NCBI GenBank assembly: GCA_043823085.1
Contig: JBDRBE010000004.1
Coordinates: 5,510 to 69,509, forward strand
Origin: Candidatus Levyibacteriota bacterium
Lineage (GTDB): Bacteria; Patescibacteriota; Microgenomatia; Levybacterales; UBA12049
DNA length: 64,000 nt
Direction: 5' to 3'
In this document: one piece after another, positions 9,133 through 17,144 of the stretch
How positions within the stretch are numbered: position 1 is the stretch's first letter
How the letters are laid out: the number at the start of each line of letters is the position of its first letter
Position numbers and translations under genes: made by a program
Notes under the pieces: model-generated
Seen by the model: the letters and a program-made list of their open reading frames with translations, nothing else
Database searches by the model: none
What the model was told of the DNA's origin: nothing

Positions 9133-10669
9133 AAAAACACTTTTAATTTTATTTCTTGTTTTTGTAATTTCTCTTCCTGCGATAGTTTTTCTTTTACAAA
9201 AGGGATTTTTTTTGACAGACGATGGAGAGTGGATGGTTATAAGATTTTCCGCTTTTCATCAGGCGCTGCGCGATGGCCAATTCCCCGTTAGGTTTTTGGG
9301 ACGATTAAATTATGGCTATGGATATCCTGTTGCAAATTTCTTATATCCGGGTTTTATGTATATGGCGGAAATTCCTAAAATTTTGGGTTTTGGTTTTGTC
9401 AATTCAATAAAAATAATTTTAGGCTTATCAATGGTCACTTCTGCCATTTTTACATATCTATGGTTGTCAAAATTATTTAATAGAATATCAGCTATTATCG
9501 GTTCTCTTTTCTATCTTTATACTCCTTATCATCTTTTCGACCTTTATAAAAGGGGATCAATCGGTGAAATTCTAGCGTTTTCAATAATTCCTTTTATTCT
9601 TTGGCAGATAGAGCGAAAGAGCCTATTTTGGATAGCGATAGGAATTTCATTTCTAATTCTTTCTCATAACACGCTGGCTCTGCTTTTTGTGCCAGTAATT
9701 TTTCTTTATTGTTTTTTAGGTAAACTATTTTCTATACGCCATACGCTATTTGCCATTCTTATTGGTCTTGGTCTTTCTTCATTTTTTATCATTCCTGTAT
9801 TTTTTGAACTTTCTTATACGCAATTTTCAAATATTCAAATATCAAATTTTAAAAACTATTTTGCACCGTTTGAATTGATTGGTGTTTCGACAATTTTCAT
9901 TTTAATTTTTGCCTCGTTATCTATATTTGATATTTTACAGAAAAAGAATTGGATAAAGCAAAATATTAATAAATTGTTTTTTTTGATGGCTTTTGTAGCT
10001 TTGCTAAGTATTGTTTTAAGCACAAAAGCGAGTCTAATCCTGTGGAATTTTATTCCTGCCTCTCTTGTTCAATTTCCGTTTAGATTCTTGTCTTATCTTC
10101 CGGTATCTCTGGCATTTATCGCAGGGTTTGTCGCTTTTCACTTCAAAGGTAAAAAGCAAATTATTGTTTGTTCAATTTTATTAGTTTCATTGATTTTTTC
10201 AGCCTATTTATTTTTGAAGCCTTCGCAAGTTTTTGATAAAGGGGAAGGATTTTATGCAACAAACGAGGCGACAACTACTGTGCAGGATGAATATATGCCA
10301 AAGTGGGTGAAGAGTAAACCTGCAAAACATTTTGATCAGAAGGTAGAAATAATTAAAGGAAAAGGAAATATCAATGATATTGTTTATAACTCAAAAAATG
10401 TTGGGTTCAATATTCAATCGACAGAAAACACAAAGGTTAGAATAAACACTATTTATTATCCGGGATGGAAAGCGTTTATCAACGGAAAAGAATCAGCGAT
10501 TGAATACAACAATGATTTTGGCGTAATGGATTTATCAATTCCAAAAGGGGAGCATAAGATTGAGTTTAATTTCTCCGAAACTCCTCTTCGTCTATTTGCC
10601 GACATAATTTCAATTTTATCTTTGCTCACGTTGTTTTTGGTCACAAAAATTTATAAGTCTAAGTTCTGA
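9125..10669 (+). CDS. GT-C membrane protein ('6-pyruvoyl-tetrahydropterin synthase-related' membrane family)
   Basis: TDDG, GQFPVRF...NYGYGYPVANFLYP, RG.IGE, LSHN, QFPFRF, YYPGW, IPKGEH. Confidence 0.8.
   Translation: MNKKTLLILFLVFVISLPAIVFLLQKGFFLTDDGEWMVIRFSAFHQALRDGQFPVRFLGRLNYGYGYPVANFLYPGFMYMAEIPKILGFGFVNSIKIILGLSMVTSAIFTYLWLSKLFNRISAIIGSLFYLYTPYHLFDLYKRGSIGEILAFSIIPFILWQIERKSLFWIAIGISFLILSHNTLALLFVPVIFLYCFLGKLFSIRHTLFAILIGLGLSSFFIIPVFFELSYTQFSNIQISNFKNYFAPFELIGVSTIFILIFASLSIFDILQKKNWIKQNINKLFFLMAFVALLSIVLSTKASLILWNFIPASLVQFPFRFLSYLPVSLAFIAGFVAFHFKGKKQIIVCSILLVSLIFSAYLFLKPSQVFDKGEGFYATNEATTTVQDEYMPKWVKSKPAKHFDQKVEIIKGKGNINDIVYNSKNVGFNIQSTENTKVRINTIYYPGWKAFINGKESAIEYNNDFGVMDLSIPKGEHKIEFNFSETPLRLFADIISILSLLTLFLVTKIYKSKF
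9725..9759 (+). repeat. Degenerate 7-bp tandem array inside a CDS (LFSIRHTLFAI)
   Basis: ctatttt ctatacg ccatacg ctatttg ccattct. Confidence 0.6.
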
Positions 10670-10704
10670 ATAATTCCGCTTCATTTAGTATAATAATAGG
10701 TAGC

Positions 10705-12423
10705 ATGAACTTATTGAGAAGAAATTTTGGGTTGATTGTCGTTCTCCTTTTGTCAATTCTTTCCATTTTGCCGCTTTTTCATTCAGGACTTTTTCCAATA
10801 CATGATGATACGCAGGTTGCCAGGGTTTATGAGATGGGCAAGAGCTTAGGAGACGGAATGTTTCCGGTTAGATGGGTGGCGGATCTTGGTTATGGTTACG
10901 GCTATCCGATTTTTAATTTTTACGCCCCATTTGCTTATTACATTGGAGGATTGTTTACTCTCTTGGGTTTTGATGCGCTTATTGCTACAAAGATAATGAT
11001 GGGGCTAGGAGTTATTTTTTCCGGAGTTTTCATGTATCTTTTAGCAAAAGAATTTTGGGGAGAAATTGGCGGTATTACGGCTGGCTTATTCTATGTTTTT
11101 GCGCCATATCATGCGCTTGATATTTATGTTAGGGGAGACGTGGGGGAATACTATGCCTATGCATTTATCCCATTAGTCTTCTTGGGGCTACATAAAGTTT
11201 TTAAAGAAGCTAATCGTAATAAATTAAATATCAAATGGATTGCAGTTGGTGCCTTTGGATACGCCGGACTTATCACGTCGCACAATCTTACGGCGATGAT
11301 GGTAACACCATTTCTTATAATTGTTCTATTATTCTATTATTCTATTGTTTGTAGGAAGAAAGAACTATCCGCTATCAACTATCCGCTATGTGTTATTTTC
11401 TTCGGTTTATTATTGTCAGCATTTTATTGGCTTCCAGTATTTTTGGAAATGAAATATACCAATGTTTTATCGCAAATTGGCGGTGGAGCGGATTTTCGTG
11501 ATCATTTTATTTGTGTTGGGCAGCTTTGGGATAGTCCGTGGGGATTTGGGGGATCGGCAAAAGGTTGTATCGATGGCTTATCTTTTAAAATCGGTAAATT
11601 ACACTTACTAATAGTTTTGGTTTTATTAATATTTAGCGTTTGGAGTACATTCAAGAGGAAATACTTAAATGATATATATCATTTAAGTGAGGAGACGGCG
11701 GCCATATTTCTTTCTGTTATTGGTTTAATCTTATTGATTTTTTTAACACTGGAAATATCAAAGCCGGTTTGGCACGCGATTCCTCTCATGGCGTTTTTTC
11801 AATACCCTTGGAGATTTTTATTGTTGATATCATTTTTCTCTTCATTTCTGGCTGGCTCAATTTTCTGGTACTTAAAAAAACTTAATTTCTTAGCAATTTT
11901 TGTGTCATTCTTTTTGATTTTTATTTTAATTTTTTTCAATCTTAAGTTATTTTCGCCTCAAAATTTTAATCTCAAAAATGCCAGCGATTATACAAATGAA
12001 ATTGCATTAAAATGGGTAACTTCAAGAGTTTCGGATGAATATATGCCAAAGGATTTTTTTAAGCCCAAATCTTTTGAACAGATTTCTACGAAAATAATTT
12101 CAAGCGAAGATAAACCAATAATTATTAATGTTTTGTCTTCAAAAACGCAAAGTTTTACGGCAAAAGTCTATGCTTTGGATCATGCGTCTGTATTGTTAAA
12201 TATCGCATATTTTCCGGCATGGAATGTTTTTATCGATGAAAAAGTGTTTAATTATCAAATAACAAATCAAGGATTACGTATCGAATTTCCAAAAGGAGAA
12301 CATAATCTGACTGTTAAATTTATTGAAACGCCAATAGAAAGAATTAGTAATATTTTATCTCTGATTGGTATTACGGTTATTATTATTGGTATAATCTATG
12401 CAAGAAAGAGGTCTGTTTCGTGA
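10705..12423 (+). CDS. GT-C membrane protein (PTPS-related family paralog)
   Basis: IHDD, GMFPVRW..DLGYGYGYPIFNFYAP, RGDVGE, SHN, QYPWRF, DEYMP, YFPAW, PKGEH. Confidence 0.8.
   Translation: MNLLRRNFGLIVVLLLSILSILPLFHSGLFPIHDDTQVARVYEMGKSLGDGMFPVRWVADLGYGYGYPIFNFYAPFAYYIGGLFTLLGFDALIATKIMMGLGVIFSGVFMYLLAKEFWGEIGGITAGLFYVFAPYHALDIYVRGDVGEYYAYAFIPLVFLGLHKVFKEANRNKLNIKWIAVGAFGYAGLITSHNLTAMMVTPFLIIVLLFYYSIVCRKKELSAINYPLCVIFFGLLLSAFYWLPVFLEMKYTNVLSQIGGGADFRDHFICVGQLWDSPWGFGGSAKGCIDGLSFKIGKLHLLIVLVLLIFSVWSTFKRKYLNDIYHLSEETAAIFLSVIGLILLIFLTLEISKPVWHAIPLMAFFQYPWRFLLLISFFSSFLAGSIFWYLKKLNFLAIFVSFFLIFILIFFNLKLFSPQNFNLKNASDYTNEIALKWVTSRVSDEYMPKDFFKPKSFEQISTKIISSEDKPIIINVLSSKTQSFTAKVYALDHASVLLNIAYFPAWNVFIDEKVFNYQITNQGLRIEFPKGEHNLTVKFIETPIERISNILSLIGITVIIIGIIYARKRSVS
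11365..11399 (+). repeat. Degenerate 7-bp tandem array inside a CDS (LSAINYPLCVI)
   Basis: ctatccg ctatcaa ctatccg ctatgtg ttatttt. Confidence 0.7.
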
Positions 12424-13133
12424 ATAAAAGAGTACCCGAGCTTTCAATTTTTTTTCCCTTTTGGAATGAGGAAAAAAATATAGAAAAAGTTGTTAGGAAT
12501 GCCATTCCTGTAGCCGAAAAAGTGGCTTTGAAATGGGAAATTATTATGATAGATGACGGATCGTCCGATAAAACACTTAAGATTTGTCAAAAACTAGCTA
12601 GGGAAAATAATCATCTTCGGGTAATTTCACACAAGCCAAACAGAGGATATGGTGCCGCACTTAAAGAAGGATTTGAAAACGCAAAATACGATTTGGTTGT
12701 TTTTAATGACGGTGATGGGCAATTTGATTTTTCGCAAGTGAATAAATTTATTGAGAAAATAGATGATGCGGATATGGTTATTGGTTTTAGAAAAAAACGT
12801 TTAGACAATCCCTTCAGACATTTCTTAATGAATCTTCTAAAGATTTGGGATGCTGTATTTTTTGGATTCTATTTTCGCGATATCGATTGCGGTTTTAAAT
12901 TATTTAAAAAAAGAGCCTTACAGAGAATGGAGCCTTTTATGTCAGAAGGAGCGATGATAACAACCGAAATTTTGGCAAAAGCAAAGAAGAGCAAGATGAA
13001 AATTTTGGAAGTTGAAGTTTCTCATTTTCCAAGAAAATATGGCGATCAAAGCGGAGGGAATCTTAGAGTTATTGTTCGGGCAATTAAAGAGAGTTTTAAT
13101 TTATGGAATAATTTAAATTATGGAAGAGCTTGA
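12420..13133 (+). CDS. GT2 polyprenyl-phosphate glycosyltransferase (DPM1-like)
   Basis: SIFFPFWNEE, IDDGSSD, NRGYGAAL, DGDGQF, DIDCGFKLF, HFPRKYGDQSG. Confidence 0.9.
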   Translation: MNKRVPELSIFFPFWNEEKNIEKVVRNAIPVAEKVALKWEIIMIDDGSSDKTLKICQKLARENNHLRVISHKPNRGYGAALKEGFENAKYDLVVFNDGDGQFDFSQVNKFIEKIDDADMVIGFRKKRLDNPFRHFLMNLLKIWDAVFFGFYFRDIDCGFKLFKKRALQRMEPFMSEGAMITTEILAKAKKSKMKILEVEVSHFPRKYGDQSGGNLRVIVRAIKESFNLWNNLNYGRA

Positions 13134-14574
13134 TATCAGTTTAATAAAAAAAAGGTCTATTCAGGGTGTTTTTGCTCTCGTTTCAAGAACTTTTTTTATT
13201 CAGGTAATTAGTTTTGGCGTTAATTTTCTTTTGACGATTTTTCTATCACCTGCGATTTTTGGTGTTTATTTTATTGTTACGGCAGTCATTTCTTTTTTAA
13301 CATATTTTTCTGATATTGGTCTTGCTGCGGCACTAATCCAAAAGAAAGATGCTTTGACCCAAGAAGATCTTAAAACAACTTTTACTTTACAACAAGTGTT
13401 AGTTGTTTCGATTTCTCTAGTCGCACTTTTTTCCTCTGGCTGGATTGGAAAGTTTTACAATCTTAATTTAGAAGGCGTTTGGCTTTTTAGAGCGTTGGTA
13501 ATTGCCTTTTTTCTCTCCTCTCTAAAAACAATTCCCTCCGTTATTATGGAAAGAAATCTTCGATTTCAAAAATTTGTCATTCCTCAAGTTGTCGAAACAC
13601 TTTTTTTTAATGCAACGGTTTTATTTTTTGCAATTAAAGGATTTGGTATTACAAGTTTTACCTATGCAGTTTTGGCCAGAGGAATTTCTGGAGTGATCAC
13701 CATTTACATCGTTTCGCCTTGGAGGATAAAATTTGGTTTTTCTAAAAGTGCGGCCAGGAAACTCCTTTCTTTTGGGATACCATTTCAGACAAACAGCCTT
13801 TTGGCTTTACTTAAAGATGATTTATTAACTGTATACCTTGGAAAAATTTTGCCTCTTGCCCAAGTTGGCTATATTGGTTTTGCCCAAAAGTGGGCACTAA
13901 CTCCTTTAAGGCTAATTATGGATAATATTATTCGCATTACTTTTCCATCTTTTTCTAGGCTTCAACATGAAAAAAAAGTTTTGAGTCAGGCTTTGGAAAA
14001 ATCCTTATTTGCCTCGACTTTTTTTATTTTTCCATCAATTCTTGGATTAGTTATACTTTTTAGTTATCTTATTGCATTAATTCCAAAATATAATAAATGG
14101 GAACCGGCGCTTTTTTCTCTTTCTTTTTTCGCTATCAATGCGGCTCTCTCGTCTATATCAACGCCATTAACAAATGCTTTAAATGCAATCGGTAAAATAA
14201 AAATAACTCTTTTTTTGATGATTTTTTGGGTTATTGCGACTTGGATTTTAACTCCATTTGCTATCTTTTTATTTGGTTTTAATGGAGTTTCGATGGCCTC
14301 GGCCTTTTTATCAATCTCAGTAATAATAGTTGTCTTCCTTGTCAGAAAGTTTGTAGAATTTGATATATTTAAATCAGTGGGATATCCTTTCTTGGCATCT
14401 ATTGTTATGGCGGTTTTTCTTTATTTTTTAAGTCCTATTATTGTAAAAAATATTGCAATGTTAATTATTATGATAATTGCTGGTGCACTTATTTATTTTA
14501 TGACGATTTTCCTTTTGGCAAAAAACCAACTGTTGGCAGATATAAGATTAATAAGAGAAAACTTGAGGAGATAA
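13120..14574 (+). CDS. Wzx/WzxC-like (MOP superfamily) oligosaccharide flippase
   Basis: About 12-14 TMs; LSPAIFG, DIGLAAALIQKK, VGY..FAQK, FPSFSRLQ. Confidence 0.88.
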   Translation: MEELDISLIKKRSIQGVFALVSRTFFIQVISFGVNFLLTIFLSPAIFGVYFIVTAVISFLTYFSDIGLAAALIQKKDALTQEDLKTTFTLQQVLVVSISLVALFSSGWIGKFYNLNLEGVWLFRALVIAFFLSSLKTIPSVIMERNLRFQKFVIPQVVETLFFNATVLFFAIKGFGITSFTYAVLARGISGVITIYIVSPWRIKFGFSKSAARKLLSFGIPFQTNSLLALLKDDLLTVYLGKILPLAQVGYIGFAQKWALTPLRLIMDNIIRITFPSFSRLQHEKKVLSQALEKSLFASTFFIFPSILGLVILFSYLIALIPKYNKWEPALFSLSFFAINAALSSISTPLTNALNAIGKIKITLFLMIFWVIATWILTPFAIFLFGFNGVSMASAFLSISVIIVVFLVRKFVEFDIFKSVGYPFLASIVMAVFLYFLSPIIVKNIAMLIIMIIAGALIYFMTIFLLAKNQLLADIRLIRENLRR

Positions 14575-14575
14575 A

Positions 14576-15487
14576 ATGAATAAAATTTCGGCAGTTATAA
14601 CCTGTTTTAATGAGGAAAAAAAGATAAAAGATTGTTTGGAGTCAGTCCTTTGGGCAGATGAGATTATTTTGGTTGATAATTCATCGAAAGACAAAACAGT
14701 CGAGATTGTAAAGAAATATACAAAAAATATTTTTAACCAAGAAAACGATCCTGGTGCGATAGATATTTTAAAGAATTTTGGTTTTTCTAAAGCAAGTAGC
14801 GAGTGGATTTTAAGTCTTGATGCCGATGAGAGAGTAACGCCTGAATTAAGAAAAGAAATTGAATCAACAATCAACAACCAGCAATCAGCAATCAACGGCT
14901 ACTGGATTCCGAGAAAAAATATTATTTTTGGTAAATGGATAGAACATACCGGTTGGTATCCTGATTTTCAATTAAGATTGTTTCGAAAAGGGAGAGGAAA
15001 GTTTATTAAGAAACATTTTCATGAAATGCTTGAACTTAATGGTAAAACTGAAAATCTTAATTCTAATTTACTGCATTATAACTATGAAAGTGTTCTGCAG
15101 TTTTTAAACCGTCATGCCAATATTTATGCGCAAAATGAAGTAGAGAATATTTTGGAAAAAGGTTATATTTTTAATTATCTTGATGCAATTCGTTTCCCTT
15201 TTAACGAATTTTTAAGTAGATTTTTCAAAAGAGAAGGATACAAAGATGGGATTCACGGATTAGTGCTTTCGCTTCTAATGGCTTTTTATCATTTGATTAT
15301 CTTTTCGTTAATTTGGGAGAAAGAGAAATTCAAAGAATTGGAAAAAGAAAATATTCTTAAGGCAACGGAAAATGAGTTCAGAAAAGAGTGTAAAGATATT
15401 GGGTTTTGGTTCTTAAATGAGAAGATAAAACAAACGGGCAACCTATTTAGCAAATTTCGGTTAAAAGTAAAACGTAAGTTTTTTTGA
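14576..15487 (+). CDS. GT2 glycosyltransferase (WaaE/KdtX beta-1,4-glucosyltransferase-like)
   Basis: ISAVITCFNEE, WADEIILVD, WILSLDADERVT, GYWIPRKN, WYPDFQLRLF. Confidence 0.9.
   Translation: MNKISAVITCFNEEKKIKDCLESVLWADEIILVDNSSKDKTVEIVKKYTKNIFNQENDPGAIDILKNFGFSKASSEWILSLDADERVTPELRKEIESTINNQQSAINGYWIPRKNIIFGKWIEHTGWYPDFQLRLFRKGRGKFIKKHFHEMLELNGKTENLNSNLLHYNYESVLQFLNRHANIYAQNEVENILEKGYIFNYLDAIRFPFNEFLSRFFKREGYKDGIHGLVLSLLMAFYHLIIFSLIWEKEKFKELEKENILKATENEFRKECKDIGFWFLNEKIKQTGNLFSKFRLKVKRKFF
14862..14896 (+). repeat. 7-bp tandem array x5 inside a CDS (STINNQQSAIN)
   Basis: aatcaac aatcaac aaccagc aatcagc aatcaac. Confidence 0.85.
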
Positions 15488-15488
15488 T

Positions 15489-16181
15489 ATGCTCTCAAAA
15501 CTTAGTCGAATTTTATCTTGGAAATTAATTTTTGTTTTAATTTTTATTAATTTGGCTATTTTAGACTACTTAGCAATCACAGGCATTAATTCTTTTGTAG
15601 AACTTAAAAATCAGATACTCAAGAATGCAAGCATTGTATTGCCAGAAATCGAACAGGTAAAACCAAGCGTTATTTCAACTCCTGCAACAGACGAATCATG
15701 TTCTTTGTCCTGCATAACAAAAATAAATGAAGCTATGTCTTCGTTAAAGCTTTCCTCGCCAACTTCAAAAATTGTTCCTACTTCGCCGTTAAATAATACT
15801 CCTCAATTTTCGTCGCAAGTCAAGGAATTTTTTATTCCGTTTGGTTCAGGGACGAATTCGACAGATGATTGGGCAGATGTTTCGGGTCTTGCGGCAACAA
15901 TAGATACAACACAATATAATCAGATAAAAAGTGCATATTTTGAAGTATCCCTTCGAATACCAACCGGAAATGAAAAAGCTTATGCGAGGCTTTATAATGC
16001 AACGGACAAACACCCTGTCTGGTTTTCGGACGTTTCTATAGAAGGAGGGACTCCGCAGCTTGTAATTTCAAATCCAATTATACTCGATGCTGGTAAAAAA
16101 CTTTACCAGGTCCAAATGAAAACAAGCCTTAAATATCCAGCATTAATCGATCAGGCAAGAGTGCATATTAATACCTATTAG
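15489..16181 (+). CDS. Membrane-anchored hypothetical protein with a Ser/Thr/Pro-rich linker
   Basis: Single N-terminal TM, CxxxC pair, S/T/P-rich tract (LSSPTSKIVPTSP), beta-rich C-terminal domain. Confidence 0.75.
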   Translation: MLSKLSRILSWKLIFVLIFINLAILDYLAITGINSFVELKNQILKNASIVLPEIEQVKPSVISTPATDESCSLSCITKINEAMSSLKLSSPTSKIVPTSPLNNTPQFSSQVKEFFIPFGSGTNSTDDWADVSGLAATIDTTQYNQIKSAYFEVSLRIPTGNEKAYARLYNATDKHPVWFSDVSIEGGTPQLVISNPIILDAGKKLYQVQMKTSLKYPALIDQARVHINTY

Positions 16182-17141
16182 ATGAAAAAAATCGCAATCG
16201 TTATCCTTCATTTTAATGGAGAAAAAGATACACTTCGATGCTTAGATAGTATTGAACAGTTATCCTGCGAAGCAGGATCTCGCTTCGCGAGGCAAGTTAT
16301 CGTGGTTGATAATGGATCAGATGAAGAATTCAAAGTTCCCGCCTTCGCCCCTTCGACTCCGCTCAGGGCTTCGGCGGGCAAACAAAATTCAATTAAGGAA
16401 GTAAAAGTTATTAGGAATGAAAGAAACTTGGGGTTTGCGGGTGGAAATAATGTCGGAATCAAATACGCGCTTGAAAATGGGGCGGATTACGTTCTAATTC
16501 TCAATAATGATACTTTAGTTGATAAAGGTTTGATTACGGAATTATTAAAAGTTGCAGATTCCGATGAAAAGATTGGAATTGTTGCTCCTAAAATATATTT
16601 TGCCAAAGGATTTGAATTCCATAAAGACCGATACCGTGAAAGCGAACGCGGTAGAATAATTTGGTATGCGGGAGGGATCATGGATTGGAAAAATATTATT
16701 GGGCATCATCGGGGAGTTGATGAGGTTGATAAAGGTCAGTTTGAAAAAGTAGAAGAAACGGATTATGCTACCGGTTGTTGCATGTTAATAAAAAAAGAAG
16801 TATTCGAAATGATAGGCTTTTTGGATAAAAAATATTTTTTATATTATGAAGATAGTGATTTCAGCCAAAGATCAAAATTAGTAGGGTATAAAATAAAATT
16901 TGTCCCAAAAGCGATTGTTTGGCACAAAAATGCGGGTTCGGCCGGAGGTTCGGGTTCTTCAATGCAGGATTATTATATAACTCGAAACCGTTTAATTTTT
17001 GGAATAAAATATGCTTCTCTTAGAGCGAAGTTGGCTTTAATAAAAGAAACCATCAAATTGTTTTTTTCCGGAAGACCGTGGCAAAAAAGAGGTGTTTTTG
17101 ATTTTTATTTAATGAAATTTAATAAAGGCAGTTACCGATAA
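16182..17141 (+). CDS. GT2 glycosyltransferase (WbbL/rhamnosyltransferase-like) with two in-frame palindromic insertions
   Basis: VVDNGS, NLGFAGGNNVG, LNNDT, GCCMLI, FLYYEDSD, YYITRNR. Confidence 0.9.
   Translation: MKKIAIVILHFNGEKDTLRCLDSIEQLSCEAGSRFARQVIVVDNGSDEEFKVPAFAPSTPLRASAGKQNSIKEVKVIRNERNLGFAGGNNVGIKYALENGADYVLILNNDTLVDKGLITELLKVADSDEKIGIVAPKIYFAKGFEFHKDRYRESERGRIIWYAGGIMDWKNIIGHHRGVDEVDKGQFEKVEETDYATGCCMLIKKEVFEMIGFLDKKYFLYYEDSDFSQRSKLVGYKIKFVPKAIVWHKNAGSAGGSGSSMQDYYITRNRLIFGIKYASLRAKLALIKETIKLFFSGRPWQKRGVFDFYLMKFNKGSYR
16262..16291. repeat. 30-bp double-hairpin element inside a CDS (SCEAGSRFAR)
   Basis: atcctgc-gaa-gcaggat directly followed by ctcgc-ttc-gcgag; both are perfect stems with 3-nt loops. 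Confidence 0.85.
16338..16382. repeat. 45-bp nested palindromic element inserted in frame in a heptamer array (PAFAPSTPLRASAGK)
   Basis: Outer stem cccgcc/ggcggg, inner stem gccc/gggc around cttcgactccgctca. Removing it restores ttcaaag ttcaaaa ttcaatt. Confidence 0.85.
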
Positions 17142-17144
17142 AAA

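Noticed and set aside
14548-14895. Antisense ORF starting MIADCWLLIVD, and the many other 60-116 aa nested or antisense ORFs in the track
   Set aside because: They are shadows of well-supported genes; this one begins in the reverse complement of a heptamer array. None has a recognisable motif.
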